Assembly: GCA_003344405.1 (NCBI GenBank)
Contig: NOWV01000001.1
Location: forward strand, 310,001-374,000
DNA from: Trichoplax sp. H2
Lineage: Eukaryota
DNA: 64,000 nucleotides
Reading direction: 5' to 3'
The notes beneath the pieces are model-generated. The model was not told the origin of the DNA and did not search any database. It saw nothing but the letters and a program-made list of their open reading frames with translations. Every line of letters starts with the position of its first letter. Position 1 is the stretch's first letter. A program made the position numbers and the translations under genes. Below are positions 24,824-48,000 of the stretch, piece after piece.

Positions 24824-27800
24824 TTAATACAAAGTAATTCCTGATGCTTTCATACTTGATTGCAGAATATCAATATACGAAAATATTTTTAAAGCCGGTC
24901 CTAATTTTAGTCCCAAGGCCGATATAACGTCTGATCTATTTAACAGGAAAAGTGCTTTGCCATCAATCTCCTGCAATAAATAATAAAAAAAATTATAATC
25001 AGTTGTTGTGCGGTAAATTTATCATAATAAGTGAATTCTGATTAAAGTAAAAGCAGTTTAATGTGCGCGATAACCTGAACTAAAAATACATGGCTAAATT
25101 CAGCAAAACCGAGCTTTTGAAAAACTAATGCTACATCGGACACTTTCCATTCCAGCGGATTGGGAAGATCCTAATTTATAACCGTAGATAAAATTCAGTT
25201 GATTGTAACCTATGTTGTACTAATATTGTCAGCATATTTTGTTAAGTTATATCTTCAAAACCTGTATTGCATCAGTTAATTTTTCAATAATTCGTCTTGA
25301 TATGAGTTTCTTTGATTTATACATAGCCGAGGGGGATGATTCGGTACAATACCCACCATTTGTTGCATTGCCTAATAGGGTAAAGTGTGAATTAGTAACC
25401 GGAAAGAAGTAAATTATTCTCTGGTAAATGGATATCGGTGCTAATGTTGAAAACATTTACCGTAGTTTGATACATTATTATAAGAAGTCGATAAACCGCT
25501 TTCTTCGTAAGTATCATCACGACGACAACAATGACAGATCCATTGACCTATTTTCAAGACATACGCTTTCATTACTATGAATACAGAGAAAATTTATCGA
25601 TATAATGAGTTCAATTTTAATCGCTAGAATTAATGTAATAAAAAAATGAACAATACCTTTCGGAGTTTCAGATAGCGGAGGATCTGTACATTCCATATGA
25701 CAACCTTTATCACAGGCATCGCACAACAAAAGGCTATCCTATATTTAAAAGTATAACGTCATTTTCACGCTAGTGTCTATATGTTATATGCGTATATACA
25801 GTTCTACCATGCGCGACTACTGTACCATTCATTATAGAGCCTAATGGAAATGATCAATTTGTAACTTATACTAACCGGACGACCAGCTTCTTGACAAACA
25901 AAACAAATTTTACAATCATTGCATTGCCATTTATCTGAGGCTAATATTTTGGCAATTAGGTGATAGTTGTATCCTAAGCAAGATGGATGTACTATAAAGC
26001 AACAACAGAAATGTTCCCCCGCAAAAATTAGCATTGACAGACTGATTAACAATTTTAGACAACGATTGAATTGGCTCAGGTCAATGTATCCATCACTTAT
26101 CTCTGTAGTGATAAAAAAAATTTCACGAAGAATAGATTTAAAATGAACTACTATTATACTGAATACCTTTTCTTCTACAATCGGAGCAAAATATAATCAC
26201 GTCACCCTGATCATCAAGAATAGGACTAGAAACTTGTAGACATAAATAACATTTGTCGCCTTGGTCTTGGTTACTGATTTGAACATTCTTATTAATAATA
26301 TTGGCCGCTTGCTAATGCGCAATATAAAGAATTTCCCGTATTAGAATAGGATTGCAACTCTTATTATTCTTATTATCCATAATACATATCACAAATTTTG
26401 AGTTGTCCTTGGTATTTTAGTTGAGTACGATCAGGTATGTATTGCAGTATTTTGCAACATGTAGAAAATTATTCAATATTAAATTACCGTCATAGTTGAG
26501 GAAAAATTGTCGTTGTTATGCTCACCTTTTCAATTATAACATAACGATTATCTTTATTTTTCATAACTAGTTTGTTTTGGATTGCTTGATCGAGTGATCG
26601 GCGTATATAGCGAGCTAAGAGAGCACCAGAATGCTCATTTGAAACTTCTTTCACAATTTCCTTAAAAAATACTCCTGATGGATTATTAGCTATAAAAGTT
26701 AAAACCAAATCATCCAATTCCTGATAATTGATTAAGGAACCATGGATTGACAAATTCTACGAGCCAAATTTATGATGAGAGGAGAAGGAAAAAAAAAAAT
26801 AATAAAATTAAAACCGGTTTCAGTTCAATTGAATGGAAAGATACCGTTTAATAAACTATATTGTAAAGAGTAACAAGGTTGCATTGCCGATGTAATGGTC
26901 AAAGTACTAGGGTCGTAAGTTATCGACGTTTTCATATTTGCAAGAGGTGATAGGGTGCTAGATTGAACATGCAATTTTCTAACTGCTAACTTTGTTTTAT
27001 GAAGCAATTTGAATAAGGCAATGACATCATAAAGATGTCAATCTCTACTCTACTCTACTACTATCATGGACCGACTGTATGTTGTTTTTGCCTTTTATTT
27101 TAATTTACTTTCATCCTTATTTTTCTGCGTTGTCTATTTTATTTCACACTCTGACCACTGCACGACATTATGAATTCATTGTCTTGACTACTTATTTGTC
27201 CTCTTTCCACGATATCATGCTAATACTGCAAGGGTAGACAAGTGTATAAGATAGAGAGAAATGGTAGACTAGATAGAAAATGGACAACAATACTTGTAAA
27301 AATGTAGACAGCATTTGCAGGATTGTTTGAACCCTTCTCGACACCATTTTTAGGCAACAATGAATAGAATAGAAGATTGAATGTATTCCTTGTACCGTCT
27401 ACTACGGTAGACTAGTGTACAAGATCGAAATGGTGGACTAAATGAGAGTATGGACAACAATGCTAGTGAAAATGGAGACAGCATTTGCAGGATTGTTGGA
27501 AGCCTTCTCGGTGGCATTTTTAGGCAACAATGAATAGAATAGAAGATTGAATGTATTCCTTGTCTCGTCTACTTTAGTCAAGTGAGAATGAAAGCAATGT
27601 TGGACTTACCAAGGTACTGACAACTTCTGGATTAATCCTATAATACAATTTGTCAATTTTTTGTATTTTGCCGCTATTAATCGCTCTTTTCAAAGCCATT
27701 TTAACGTGCTTACGTAATAGTACACCTTGATAATGGCTTGATATATATTTCTCAATGGATCTTAAGTGAACCCCCACATCAGGATTGGGACAAGAAACCA

Positions 27801-28278
27801 AGCAATTGTAGATCATTCGAGTTAATTCCGCGGTATTAATAACATATCCTTTACGACGTAAATTGCTACTAGCGACATTGTCGTGATTGTTGCTACTATG
27901 ATGATGTTCATAACTTTTACTACTCGCTTTGGGATTGGGGGGTCGATCATTGTTGGCTGATGATGATGATCTTTTCTTCCTAGGCTTAATACGATTGGCT
28001 ATACGATATTTAACTCCACCACTACGGCTGCTATCTTTGCGTATTTTACCATCAGCTACTAATTTGGATAAAATTTTAATTGTTGTCTGTGCGGGTATTC
28101 GAAATCGCTTCTGTAACATCTTAATAATATTGTCGTCATCGGCGCGGGCTTTTCTCTTGACTAAAGTGGTAATTGCTTCTTCAATGCAATTTTTCACTTC
28201 ACTAAATGTCAAATTACTTATAAGGTTGCTATTAGGCGTTGATTTCCTCTCTTCCATGTTACTGGCTATGGTGGCCAT
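24824..28278 (-). CDS. SAMD1: SAMD1/SAMD13-like chromatin reader, 560 aa: winged helix + two H15-like winged helices + double PHD finger + SAM; exons 28278-27610, 26756-26526, 26311-26167, 25991-25876, 25738-25657, 25547-25461, 25371-25262, 25170-25075, 24970-24824
   Basis: Nine GT-AG exons join in phase (1683 nt). [27 protein letters not shown]15-like: [11 protein letters not shown]...[13 protein letters not shown] and [11 protein letters not shown]...[13 protein letters not shown]. Double PHD: CYLC...CSDCRRKVHPSCL...[12 protein letters not shown]...[19 protein letters not shown]...[24 protein letters not shown]...[30 protein letters not shown]. The symbol is tentative. Confidence 0.88.
27233..27573. 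repeat. Two ~170-bp tandem copies in intron 1 of the SAMD1-like gene
   Basis: tggacaacaat...gacagcatttgcaggattgtt...catttttaggcaacaatgaatagaatagaagattgaatgtattccttgt...gtctact at ~27281 and ~27451. Confidence 0.92.
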
Positions 28279-28479
28279 GTTGATGTTAGTGGCAGTTTCA
28301 ATGTTTCAATGAAAATCTTTTTCTCTTTTTTTACCTTTCGTCTCTCTTGATGGTGTCCACCACTACTGTGTCACAGTAGGTCCAAATACCACTGGATTGA
28401 GTACACCGCTAGTCAACACTATGGACAAGAGCGGCCACTTCAGAATGAAAAAGTTCCTGCAAGCCGTATCCATATATAC

Positions 28480-29270
28480 GCCGTACAGTCCAGTAGACAG
28501 TCGTTGTCTTGCGCTCTAGCTCGGAACGTCCAGTACCGTCGTGTGAAAACAGCTGTGCTATGGCGTCCAGTACCGTACCGTACTGTCCATGACAGGACAA
28601 TGTATACAGTAATGGACCGTATTGTACCGCAGATATCTTATCTGGTACAGTACCGTACTGTACGGTGGTACTGATACAGCCAACGGTATTGTACTGGACG
28701 GTCCTGGACAGAGCGTGCGCAGTATAACCATCGGCCAGGAAATTTGCCTAGCTTATTCGGTACAGTACTGTACTGTACGGTGTCAGCCAGTTCTCAGTAC
28801 AGTACTCAAATTGAATATACTGTACAGTACATACTGTACACTCTACAGATAGATCAAGGAATTATTCAGCTTTATATTCGTACCATTTTTTTGTTGACTC
28901 TGGTGAAATTTTTTTTGGCACCTTAAAAGACTAACGTACAGTACTGTACAGTGTGAAAAGAAAAGATTGACAATCTACTGTACCGTAAAAACAGCTAAAG
29001 ATGTGTAAAATGAAATGTCAACATTTTCACCATCATCATATCAAGATGACATACTGGAGCAGTAAGATGACATACTCTTTGGCATACTATTGTTATCACC
29101 ACGTCTGTCTGGACTCTCTGTCTGTTGTTATCGTTTTCCCAATCATTCCAGTATCACATGTACAGTACACTTGTACAGTTGTACACACACTATACACTAC
29201 TGTAAAAGCACTCCAGTACTACGGCACTCATTTCTAATGTAGTACACTACACTACAGTACAGCATGAAAT
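28480..29270. promoter_or_regulatory. GTACAGTA/TACTGTAC motif arrays upstream of the SAMD1-like gene
   Basis: Dense cagtaccgtaccgtactgt, ggtacagtactgtactgtac and atactgtacagtacatactgtac at 28480-28990; second cluster at ~29158-29262. Confidence 0.6.
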
Positions 29271-29447
29271 CTGTAGTAGTTCATGGTAAAAGGGACGTAG
29301 CTACTTCGGATGATGATGCAAATCGGATCAAAATTTCCCACTGCCCTTTCTATTTTTCAGAGTCAAAGCTGTTCAGCTTGCACATCAAGACTTCCAATTT
29401 AGCTTCCACCATCAATTCATGATTGCTTATTAGCTAAGTACGTTAGT

Positions 29448-29972
29448 TGATGCATGATGTCAATGGAGCTATCATGATGAAAGCTGATGTACACATTCGT
29501 TGATGCAGCATACCAGTTGAGCTATCATGGTCAAAGCTAATGTACACATCAGTTGATGCAGGATGTCAGTTAAGCTATCATGGTCAAAGCTGATGTATAC
29601 ATTAGTGGATGCATGATGTCAGTGAATAAGCTATCATGGCGAAAGCTGGCGTACTCATTAGTGGATGCATGATGTCAGTGAATAAGCTATCATGGTCAAA
29701 GCTGATGTACATTAGTCGATGCAGGATGTCAGTGAATAAGCTATCATGGCGAAAGCTGATGTAATCATTAGTGGATGCAGGATGTCAGTGAATAAGCTAT
29801 CATGGTCAAAGCTGATGTACATTAGTCGATGCAGGATGTCAGTGAATAAGCTATCATGGTCAAAGCTGATGTACATTAGTCGATGCAGGATGTCAGTGAA
29901 TAAGCTATCATGGCGAAAGCTGATGTACACATTAGTGGATGCAGAATGTCAGCTAACCTATTATGCTGAAAG
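29448..29972. repeat. Minisatellite with 53-56-bp units, about 10 copies
   Basis: Core unit gctgatgtacattagtcgatgcaggatgtcagtgaataagctatcatggtcaaa. Unit starts at ~29483, 29536, 29589, 29645, 29701, 29755, 29811, 29865 and 29919. Central copies are near-identical and edge copies are degenerate. Confidence 0.95.
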
Positions 29973-30398
29973 CGTAATGCATTTTAATTGACGTCTGGCC
30001 ATTCTGGGCCACAGTAGGATACTGAACAGCTTTGATCATTATGGAAGAATAATTACACAATGTGCATTGTTGTCGTACATAGCACCACTACACAACAGTG
30101 TTGTATGGGCGTGAGCCATACTGCAGCCCCTTATTAGGCTTTTCAATTTGGCTAAAATTTTACGAATACAGATCACTATAACCTTGAGCAATTGCCACTT
30201 GATATTTTTTCTAAATTTGGACTGCATTATTGACTTAGTTGATCTCTTTGCAATTTCCAATACAAACCATACGTATACGTTCAATTCATCCCAAGTCGCC
30301 ATGAAATAGTGGTCGAAAATGTCATCATAAAATCAACCAAAACCAGTCAAAGTCTGCAGCATTGTACTGGAAGTCAGTACGTCCGTGGCAGGCGCGTC

Positions 30399-30405
30399 TA
30401 TAAAT
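30399..30405 (+). promoter_or_regulatory. Candidate TATA box of the GST gene
   Basis: TATAAAT preceded by GC-rich ggcaggcgcgtc, ~80 bp upstream of the ATG at 30480. Confidence 0.4.
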
Positions 30406-30479
30406 ATTGTGGTGCGTCATCGGAAAGTTTCTTACGCACCACAAGTCGCCTGATCTTGCCAACGGAGAAAGAAGGAAAA

Positions 30480-31833
30480 ATGTCGAGCATTGATTTTTAT
30501 GCCCATCTTGCATCGCAGCCATGTCGTGCTGTGCAATTATTTATGAAAGCCAACAACATCCCTTTTAATTTTCACCTCATCGATTTAACCAAAGGTAGGG
30601 ATAGACTTAGGCACGCGGTATAGTAGACTGAAGGCAATTGTACAATGTACAGTATAGTAATAACACGGCATTATTAAATAAAGACTTCCAGGCTGTTTTT
30701 ATCTACTTTTGGGGGGATGTTCATTGTCCATAAATTAACAAAAGTACAGCACTATAATCCCCAATAGCAAACAAGATTCTATAATATTGTTGTTGTTAAC
30801 ATGTATGATGGCAATGTTGTTGCGATTGGGGAAGCAATGTTTGCATTACATAAACTTATTAAACTTATTGTTGTTAATACAACGTTACCAACACTGTTTG
30901 TGAAAATGTAAAACTTGACTGTGATGCTGTTCTGCATCTGCGTAGGCGAACAAACTAAAGAAGACTTTCAAAAAGTTAACCCTATGGGGAAAGTTCCAGC
31001 CATTAAGGATGGAGATTTTTGTCTTGCAGAGGGGTAAGTACTAAAATAGTACAGTAACCTAAATTGATAGACTTTGAGCTTCAGTAATCAACGAGAAAGT
31101 CCCTTAACTGTTACGCCCATAGTCTTCAAGTCAGACACGATCGAGTGGTTAGTTACTGTTAACTTACTAGTGATATTCGTATCGTAGGTAACTTTTATTC
31201 GGTAATTACCCATTATTCATCAATTCAGTAATCAATATATTATATATATATATATAATTACCTAGTATAGCCATTGTTCAGTATTTGGCCGCTAAATATT
31301 CTACGCCCGATCACTGGTATCCTAAAGACGCTGCAGCAAAAGCAAGAGTAAATGAGTACTTAAACTGGCATCACAGCAATACTAGAGGTGGTGCTACCGG
31401 TGTATTCTTCAATGCCGTGAGTACTAGTTTTGCGATTGATCAATCATCTATACTTTTGAAATAGGCAGCCTATAAGTGTGAATTTTGACCCCATTAGGTG
31501 ATCTTACACCAGATAAGGAAGCAACCCAGAAATGAAGCTGCTATAAAGGAAGCCAAAGGAAAATTAACTGTAGCCCTCGATCTGTTCGAGAACTACTTCG
31601 TTAAGGATCGTCTATTCATTGGCGGTAGTGAAATTTGTATTGCTGATTTGTTCGCGGTTTGTGAGTTTACTCAGCTAGACCAAATCGGTATTGATGTTGG
31701 CAAGAATAGAGCCAACGTCAAGGCATGGAAAGACCGAGTTAGTGCACAGTTAGGAGCACATTTCGTAGAAGCCCACGAGGTTATAATTAATTTTGCTAAA
31801 AGTGCAAACTTTACTCCTGAACCGTTTGAATAA
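30480..31833 (+). CDS. GSTT: Glutathione S-transferase, theta class, 229 aa; exons 30480-30594, 30946-31033, 31266-31416, 31498-31833
   Basis: N-terminal SQPCRAV with the catalytic Ser; VNPMGKVPAIKDGDFCLAE; YSTPDHWYPKD...ARVNEYLNWHH; FIGGSEICIADLFAVCE. Exons are phase-consistent. Confidence 0.95.
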
Positions 31834-32963
31834 TTTAGCTACGGTGCCTTACTTTGTGCCATGGCTAAATCTACAGAATGAAAGACTGTTTCAATGTTAA
31901 TGGAGTTCAAGAAGTGTGTTAGTCTGTATCTTTACTGAGTCTTAATGTTATGTCTTTCTTTTGACAGTCTGTCAAAGTATAACTGTAGCTACTGTGTCAC
32001 TACTACGATATCGACATATATCAATAAAAGTATTTAGCTGAATTCTTGAATTGTGCATGTATCGGTATGATACAAAGATTTGTGCATAGTCTTATTACAA
32101 CGAAATGACTTCTTGACAACAATTTCAGCTTGCAGATACACATTCTAGTTCCTACTAGCTCGCAAGTCGCCATCTTACTGACGATTTGCAAGATTGACAT
32201 GAACAATCCAACTGTATTATACCTGAATCAGTTAACGCAGCCCAATACAGTATAACTCTACAGCACGAGTACACTAATGCATATCCTACCGAATTGTCAC
32301 GGCATCAATTTATACTTATGTCGGTTACATGGCAATTTGAATTGATCTCACAGCGGACAAATACGTAAACGCACGATGTCCTTCGAAACAAGGCTAGAGC
32401 TATCATGATGCAATTATTACTAATCTTACGCTAAGAATTTCATTGCATCAAAATTCAAACTACCGTAATGAACGGAACATCATAACTTGACTTACTACTC
32501 CTAATGAATTATGTAGAATTGTTTATATACAGTATATTTATTACTATCACTAGGGAACAATCTGGATACTGGAATTATGTAACGCTTATCGATTAATCTT
32601 CCCTACGAGTAATTCTATATATACTGTACTGTCCATTGCACCTTAATACTGGAGCGGGGGTTGCTTAGCCTTATCGATTCATTAATCTATATACCGTCTA
32701 TCGCACAAAAGATTAATCTTACCATGGCACCCTGTAATTTTGCTAAGAATTTCGTATAGCAAAGTCATTCGATAGTGTACTAGTGTATGGATGGATATCC
32801 AATGATCAATTTACTGCAAAAGCAGACTAGGGATCATTTGATCACCTTTGCTTCGTCTTCATTCTGCACAATTGGCCTTGCACGACATCTGGGCGTCTGG
32901 ACGTCTGGACGTCATCGGTATCCGAGGACACTTTACAGTCCGTAGCTACCGGAGTTTGCAAAC

Positions 32964-35900
32964 ATGGCAGGGCAAAATTTTAGAACTTTCTTTCAATTTC
33001 CATCGTTAAATTCGGTCCAGTGGTATCCTGGTCATATGGCTAAAGGTAAACTGGAATGTCTATCGTTAGAAAAGATAACAGCAAAGCCAACTTCTATAAA
33101 TACTTCATTACAGAAGAAATATTCCTATGCATTAATAACGCCTAACTGAATTCTAAGTTGAAAACATCTTCCTACTGTACTCTAGCTTTCGACGTGCTTG
33201 ACCCTAACATTCTTGAAAATGTGCAATCTATCTATCTGTCACATCTCTTTATCAATAGTCTTTTAATAGGAAAATCATGAAAGAATAGTTATTAAAGCGA
33301 TGCAAGTCTACCAAACCATGAAACTTTGATTAATTTGTAGCAAAGTAGATGTATTTTATGCTTATTACGAAATGATATCACGTTCTTAATATCAGACTTT
33401 TTAACTCTACCTTGTAGGCATGCACAAAATGCAAGCTGTTTTAGTTCGATGCGATTGCGTCCTAGAAGTGCGAGATGCTAGGGTAAACGAACTATCTGTG
33501 CACTATTGTGTTTCATTTAATCTAGGATGGGTAGCTCTTGCAGCCATTTATTAAGATAGTGTCGAATAAATTATGATGATTATGGAATCATAACAATGTC
33601 TACGACGATGATGAATTAGGCGTGTTGTTGATTCATATAGTACAGTATATACTATGCAAAATCGAATTGCATTTTCTTAACGTACATTTCATACTTCTGC
33701 AATGGTATTCTAGATTCCATTCTCCAGTAGAAATGAAAAATTTTCCAGAATCTTAGCTGGTAGACCTCGAGTCCTAATTTTAAATAAAGCTGACCTAAGT
33801 GCCAAAAACACCAGAAAGGTTTCATATCGTACCCTTCTCGTCTCAAATAAGATAGCTGTTTCTTTTGCACCAGCTCTTTGTAAAAGTGCTGTGCTATAAT
33901 TGTTAATTAATGCTAAGCAGATATTATTATATCTTTCAATACACGCCTTATTTTATTCTAGCTTTAGTAAAGATATCTACAGCTCTTAATCATTATTATA
34001 CGCAATGCTTGCTGATTAATTTATAGATGACGAACTTCCTGACCTGATTTGCTATCATTGATTGTCTTGCATCTATTTTTAGCAAATTGTAGAACGATTA
34101 GGAAAGCACGAAATCATTTTTACTAATAGTGCCAAGCAATATCATCCATCCATACGCCAAGTATACGATTTCGCTACTAGCTATGCGAACTGTAATATCG
34201 TAATGATCAATTCACATTTAATTAAAAATTCTCTCTTTCAGATCATACCTGCAGCATTGCGCAGTATGAATGAGCATGGCATCAGTTCGGATAACAAGAA
34301 GGTCGGTATCATCCATATTCAAGATTTGTAATCCGTAGCTTACATAGATGTGCTCGTAAAACTAATTTAGATGTTATTAGTCTCTGACGGCACATTACTT
34401 TCTACTGTAATCAGCATATTTATTCCTACCTGAATCATTTTAGGGATTCTTTAGGATTATGGTTATAGGACTACCTAATGTGGGTAAATCGTCCGTTATT
34501 AACGCAATTCGTCGTATTAGGAAAAATAAAGGTACAGTAATTCCTTGATACGTTTGAAATATCTACTGCAGTGATCATCATTTACCTACATTATTAAAAT
34601 CACCGTTAAAGGGAACGCTGCACATGTTGGCGGAGTCCCAGGTATTACCCGTGCGGTTCAGACTAATATAGAGGTTTGTTTAAACAGAGAGTACGAGTAT
34701 ATGATATGGTAAAGGTATTATTACTATGGTACTTACGTATTAGTATCATCAAAATCCTAGGTATGCAGTAATCCGAAAACATTCCTTGTAGATACACCAG
34801 GTATCATTTTCAATTAAAACTAATTCATGTTTGTTGTACAATTTTGATAAATTTCTAACTTAATTTAAAATACAGCACTGATAGCTATATATATTGAATT
34901 CTATTTTGATTTTGCGATAAAATTACAGGTATTATGCCTACCTATGTCCGAGACGTTGAAGTTGGTTTTAAGTTAGCTTTAGTAGGTTGGTCATTAATAA
35001 TAATGATAGCAAACACTGTAATAGCTAAAGGTATTAGAATGTTAGATACTTGTAATTATTGCCATGCATTATTCACTAATAAATGTATCGGAATGACTTT
35101 ACGAAAGGAACGATAAAAGATCACCTAATTGGTGAAGAATATATAGCGGATTACTTATTATTTACACTGAATCGTCAAAAGCAGTTTAGGTACATAATCC
35201 ATTATACGAGTATCTGTTATTAATAGTTGCTAACAGGAAATTCGATAAGCAATTGATTATAATTACCTACATATTAGACGTTGTTACAGCATTTATACTA
35301 GAGTAAGTGTTTAATGTAATTATTTACCCTACCTAGTTATGTCGAGTACTTTGGATTAGATGACTGTACTGATGATATAGATCAACTTCTGGTGCATATT
35401 GGTCATAAAATGGGTGCCTTAAGGAAAGGTTAGTACAGATATCAATAGCTCGTATACTAATCGACAACGTATAGATTTTTTTGAAAAATTTAACTTGTGG
35501 ATATACGTACACCAAAACCTTCAATATCTAACTATTATGCGTAGTGTAAAGTTACATCATGATGCCAATCCACCATCTATTTATAGCCTTACTGATTAGA
35601 TTGAATGTTTAATACAATATTACCCATTATAATTTTAATCAATCATAGTATTAGACTGAATCGGAGTTCTACTTTAATCGATGATAATTAACTAATCAAT
35701 AAATGAATTTGCAGTAACCAAAAGTATTCTATAGCGCTTTTGGTTTTACATTTAATCGCAGTACATCATCTACTTTATCGAAACCTAAGATCCGTAACTC
35801 TGTAATTAGGGTTATACTGTAAATAAAGATTACTGTAATATCAGTATAAGAACCACAATACAATTATGCACCAAAGCATTAACAGTAATATTGTGTTTTG

Positions 35901-36051
35901 TAATATTACTGTTAAATACTGTATTTTAAATTATTGCTTTCGCTTAGGCGGTGTCCTCGATTTGAAACAGGCTGCAACAAGATTCCTGACTAAATTCCGT
36001 CATGGACATCTCGGAACAATCTTATTAGATAAGATACACAAGACCACGTGA
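32964..36051 (+). CDS. MTG1: Mitochondrial ribosome-associated GTPase 1 (RbgA/YlqF family); 12 exons: 32964-33045, 33418-33482, 33714-33818, 34083-34160, 34242-34301, 34444-34531, 34612-34673, 34761-34800, 34929-34985, 35108-35189, 35337-35428, 35948-36051
   Basis: WYPGHMAKG, EVRDARIPFSSRN, G4 LNKADL, G1 GLPNVGKS, G2 PGITR, G3 DTPG, then ADYLLFTLN and FRHGHLG. This is the circularly permuted G4-G1-G2-G3 order. Confidence 0.94.
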
Positions 36052-36856
36052 AATTAACAATTTATTCTCCTATACTTTAAAATCTTTAATTTTTTTTAAT
36101 CGTTCTCATCATTATGATTCAATATTACATAAATAGTAGATACGTGTATCATATGCACCGGCCTAAAAAAAGTATCCGAATCAAGAGCTTTACACAAACT
36201 AGTTACGTACTATACACGTATATCATCCTATACTTTACTGCACTAGCAGAGATGCAAGCATGGAACAATTCTATCCATTTAGATAGTTCACTTAATTGGA
36301 GTGTTTCATTTCTAAAATGAACTTAACTGTTTCCGAGTTATGTTGTAACTAAGAGTCGGGTATCTTGACCATGGTTGAGGTAAAAATTACACTATATTAT
36401 TTACTGAATCAGAAATCTATAAGAACAATCTTTTTCACGCAAGGTCTCATTTGAATATGTAAATGCCAGTAATAATTTTAACTAAATAACTACTGAAAAT
36501 TTAATGTTCGAAATTACAAAAAATATATGAATGTATACACTTTACAGCAATATCGTACACAAAATAAGGCTTAGCCTCATTCTGTATATGATATCATACA
36601 ATTAAATCGTATATCATCACCAAAACAACATACGAGCAGCTAGCGCTAGCACTACTACAGCATTTTCTCCTTAGTAAAATGATTAAATAGTGTACCACTA
36701 CAACATCATTTTATGTGCATTTCTCTAACAAACGAGTATGTTACGAATACGACGATTACAGCATATGCAGCCAATAATTGTAACAATCTTGGCAGATATA
36801 AAATTTTCATGCATCGGGCCGCTGTAGCTAAAATAATTATCCGTGCAATAGCAAGG

Positions 36857-46929
<10,073 letters not shown>

Positions 46930-47009
46930 TTGGTCATCGACGGTGTACCGGTTCAGACTTCACTTGTAGCAAGAATTGAGCTTAGTGTCACGCGCTGCGC
47001 TCTGTATTC

Positions 47010-48000
47010 ATACTTATACAGTCCAGTACAGTACGGCAGCGTACAGTACGTGGTGAAGTATACTGTACACTGTACACTGTACACTACAGTGTTGTACTGT
47101 TCTAACCTCGTTTGCAGAGGTCTGCTGGCAATCGTCAGTACTGTACACTGTACTGTATGACCTGTTATGATCATACAGTATACTGTACTCCAGTGACGAC
47201 TGACCCAGTCAGTCAGTGACCATACCTGCATCACTGAGGCCATCGATGATGGATGATGCTGCAAATAATACTGTGTGCCTGGCTCACCTTGGCGATACGA
47301 TAGGTCAGTTATCGTCCCATCTTAGTCGTGGTTTGCTGGCATAGGTTGCCTGTCTACAAGACTACAACTATGGTCTACGGTAATAATTTGATACTGTATC
47401 AGGGATTACTCAAAAAAAGAGACGGGACAGGACAACAGATTCAGTGCAAAATAACGTGCAAGCTTCTTATTTTGGGGCTGATGCTACTAGACTGTACGCT
47501 ACCCATCAAATCGTATACCATACTGCTTCAAACCAACTTAGTAGGCTAACAATAGCAGCTAATGTGGATGTCAATCGCAGAAAGTATAGTGTACCATGAC
47601 AGGCATGCGATACACCTGAAATGACCAGTAAAATAATCAGCCTCCACATTGTTAGTATAATTAACAACCGCTTCCTGCCTCATCTCTTTCTTTTTAGTAG
47701 TCCCTGGCCTTACTGTCGGCCGACTGCTACTGCTTGCTGCTATTACTGTCACACGAAATACTGTTAGAGATACGTACTGTCCTGTAGTGTACACTGTACA
47801 GTATAGGACCGTTCACCCGACAGCAACAATACTGCCACTAACCGTTACAATTTTCTTTTGGCGCTTTGGACTTTTCAAAGTAGTCTGCGCAGACTCTGTG
47901 CTAACTGTGAATCACAACAAATCATGACAGTTTGTACAGTACAAGTACTGTACACTACTATACAGTACAGTACAATGCACTGTACTGTACTGTACGTGAC
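47010..48000. promoter_or_regulatory. Two GTACAGTA/TACTGTAC motif arrays upstream of KIF2
   Basis: Clusters at ~47010-47195 (tactgtacactgtacactgtacac) and ~47755-48000 (cagtacagtacaatgcactgtactgtactgtac). KIF2 ATG is at 46929. Confidence 0.6.

Noticed and set aside
24824-28278. Annotation as KAT6A/B histone acetyltransferase or DPF/PHF10
   Set aside because: No MYST or Requiem domain was found. PHD2 leads through a short linker to a SAM domain and the stop codon.
27929-28312. 127-aa plus-strand ORF (likewise 5830-6120, 8171-8392, 22532-22732, 38147-38542)
   Set aside because: Antisense shadows of well-supported coding exons.
29712-29991. Repetitive ORFs on both strands; CRISPR-like appearance
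   Set aside because: They arise from the 54-bp unit being a multiple of 3, and the 53- and 56-bp units break the frame. There are no unique spacers or cas genes, and the context is eukaryotic.
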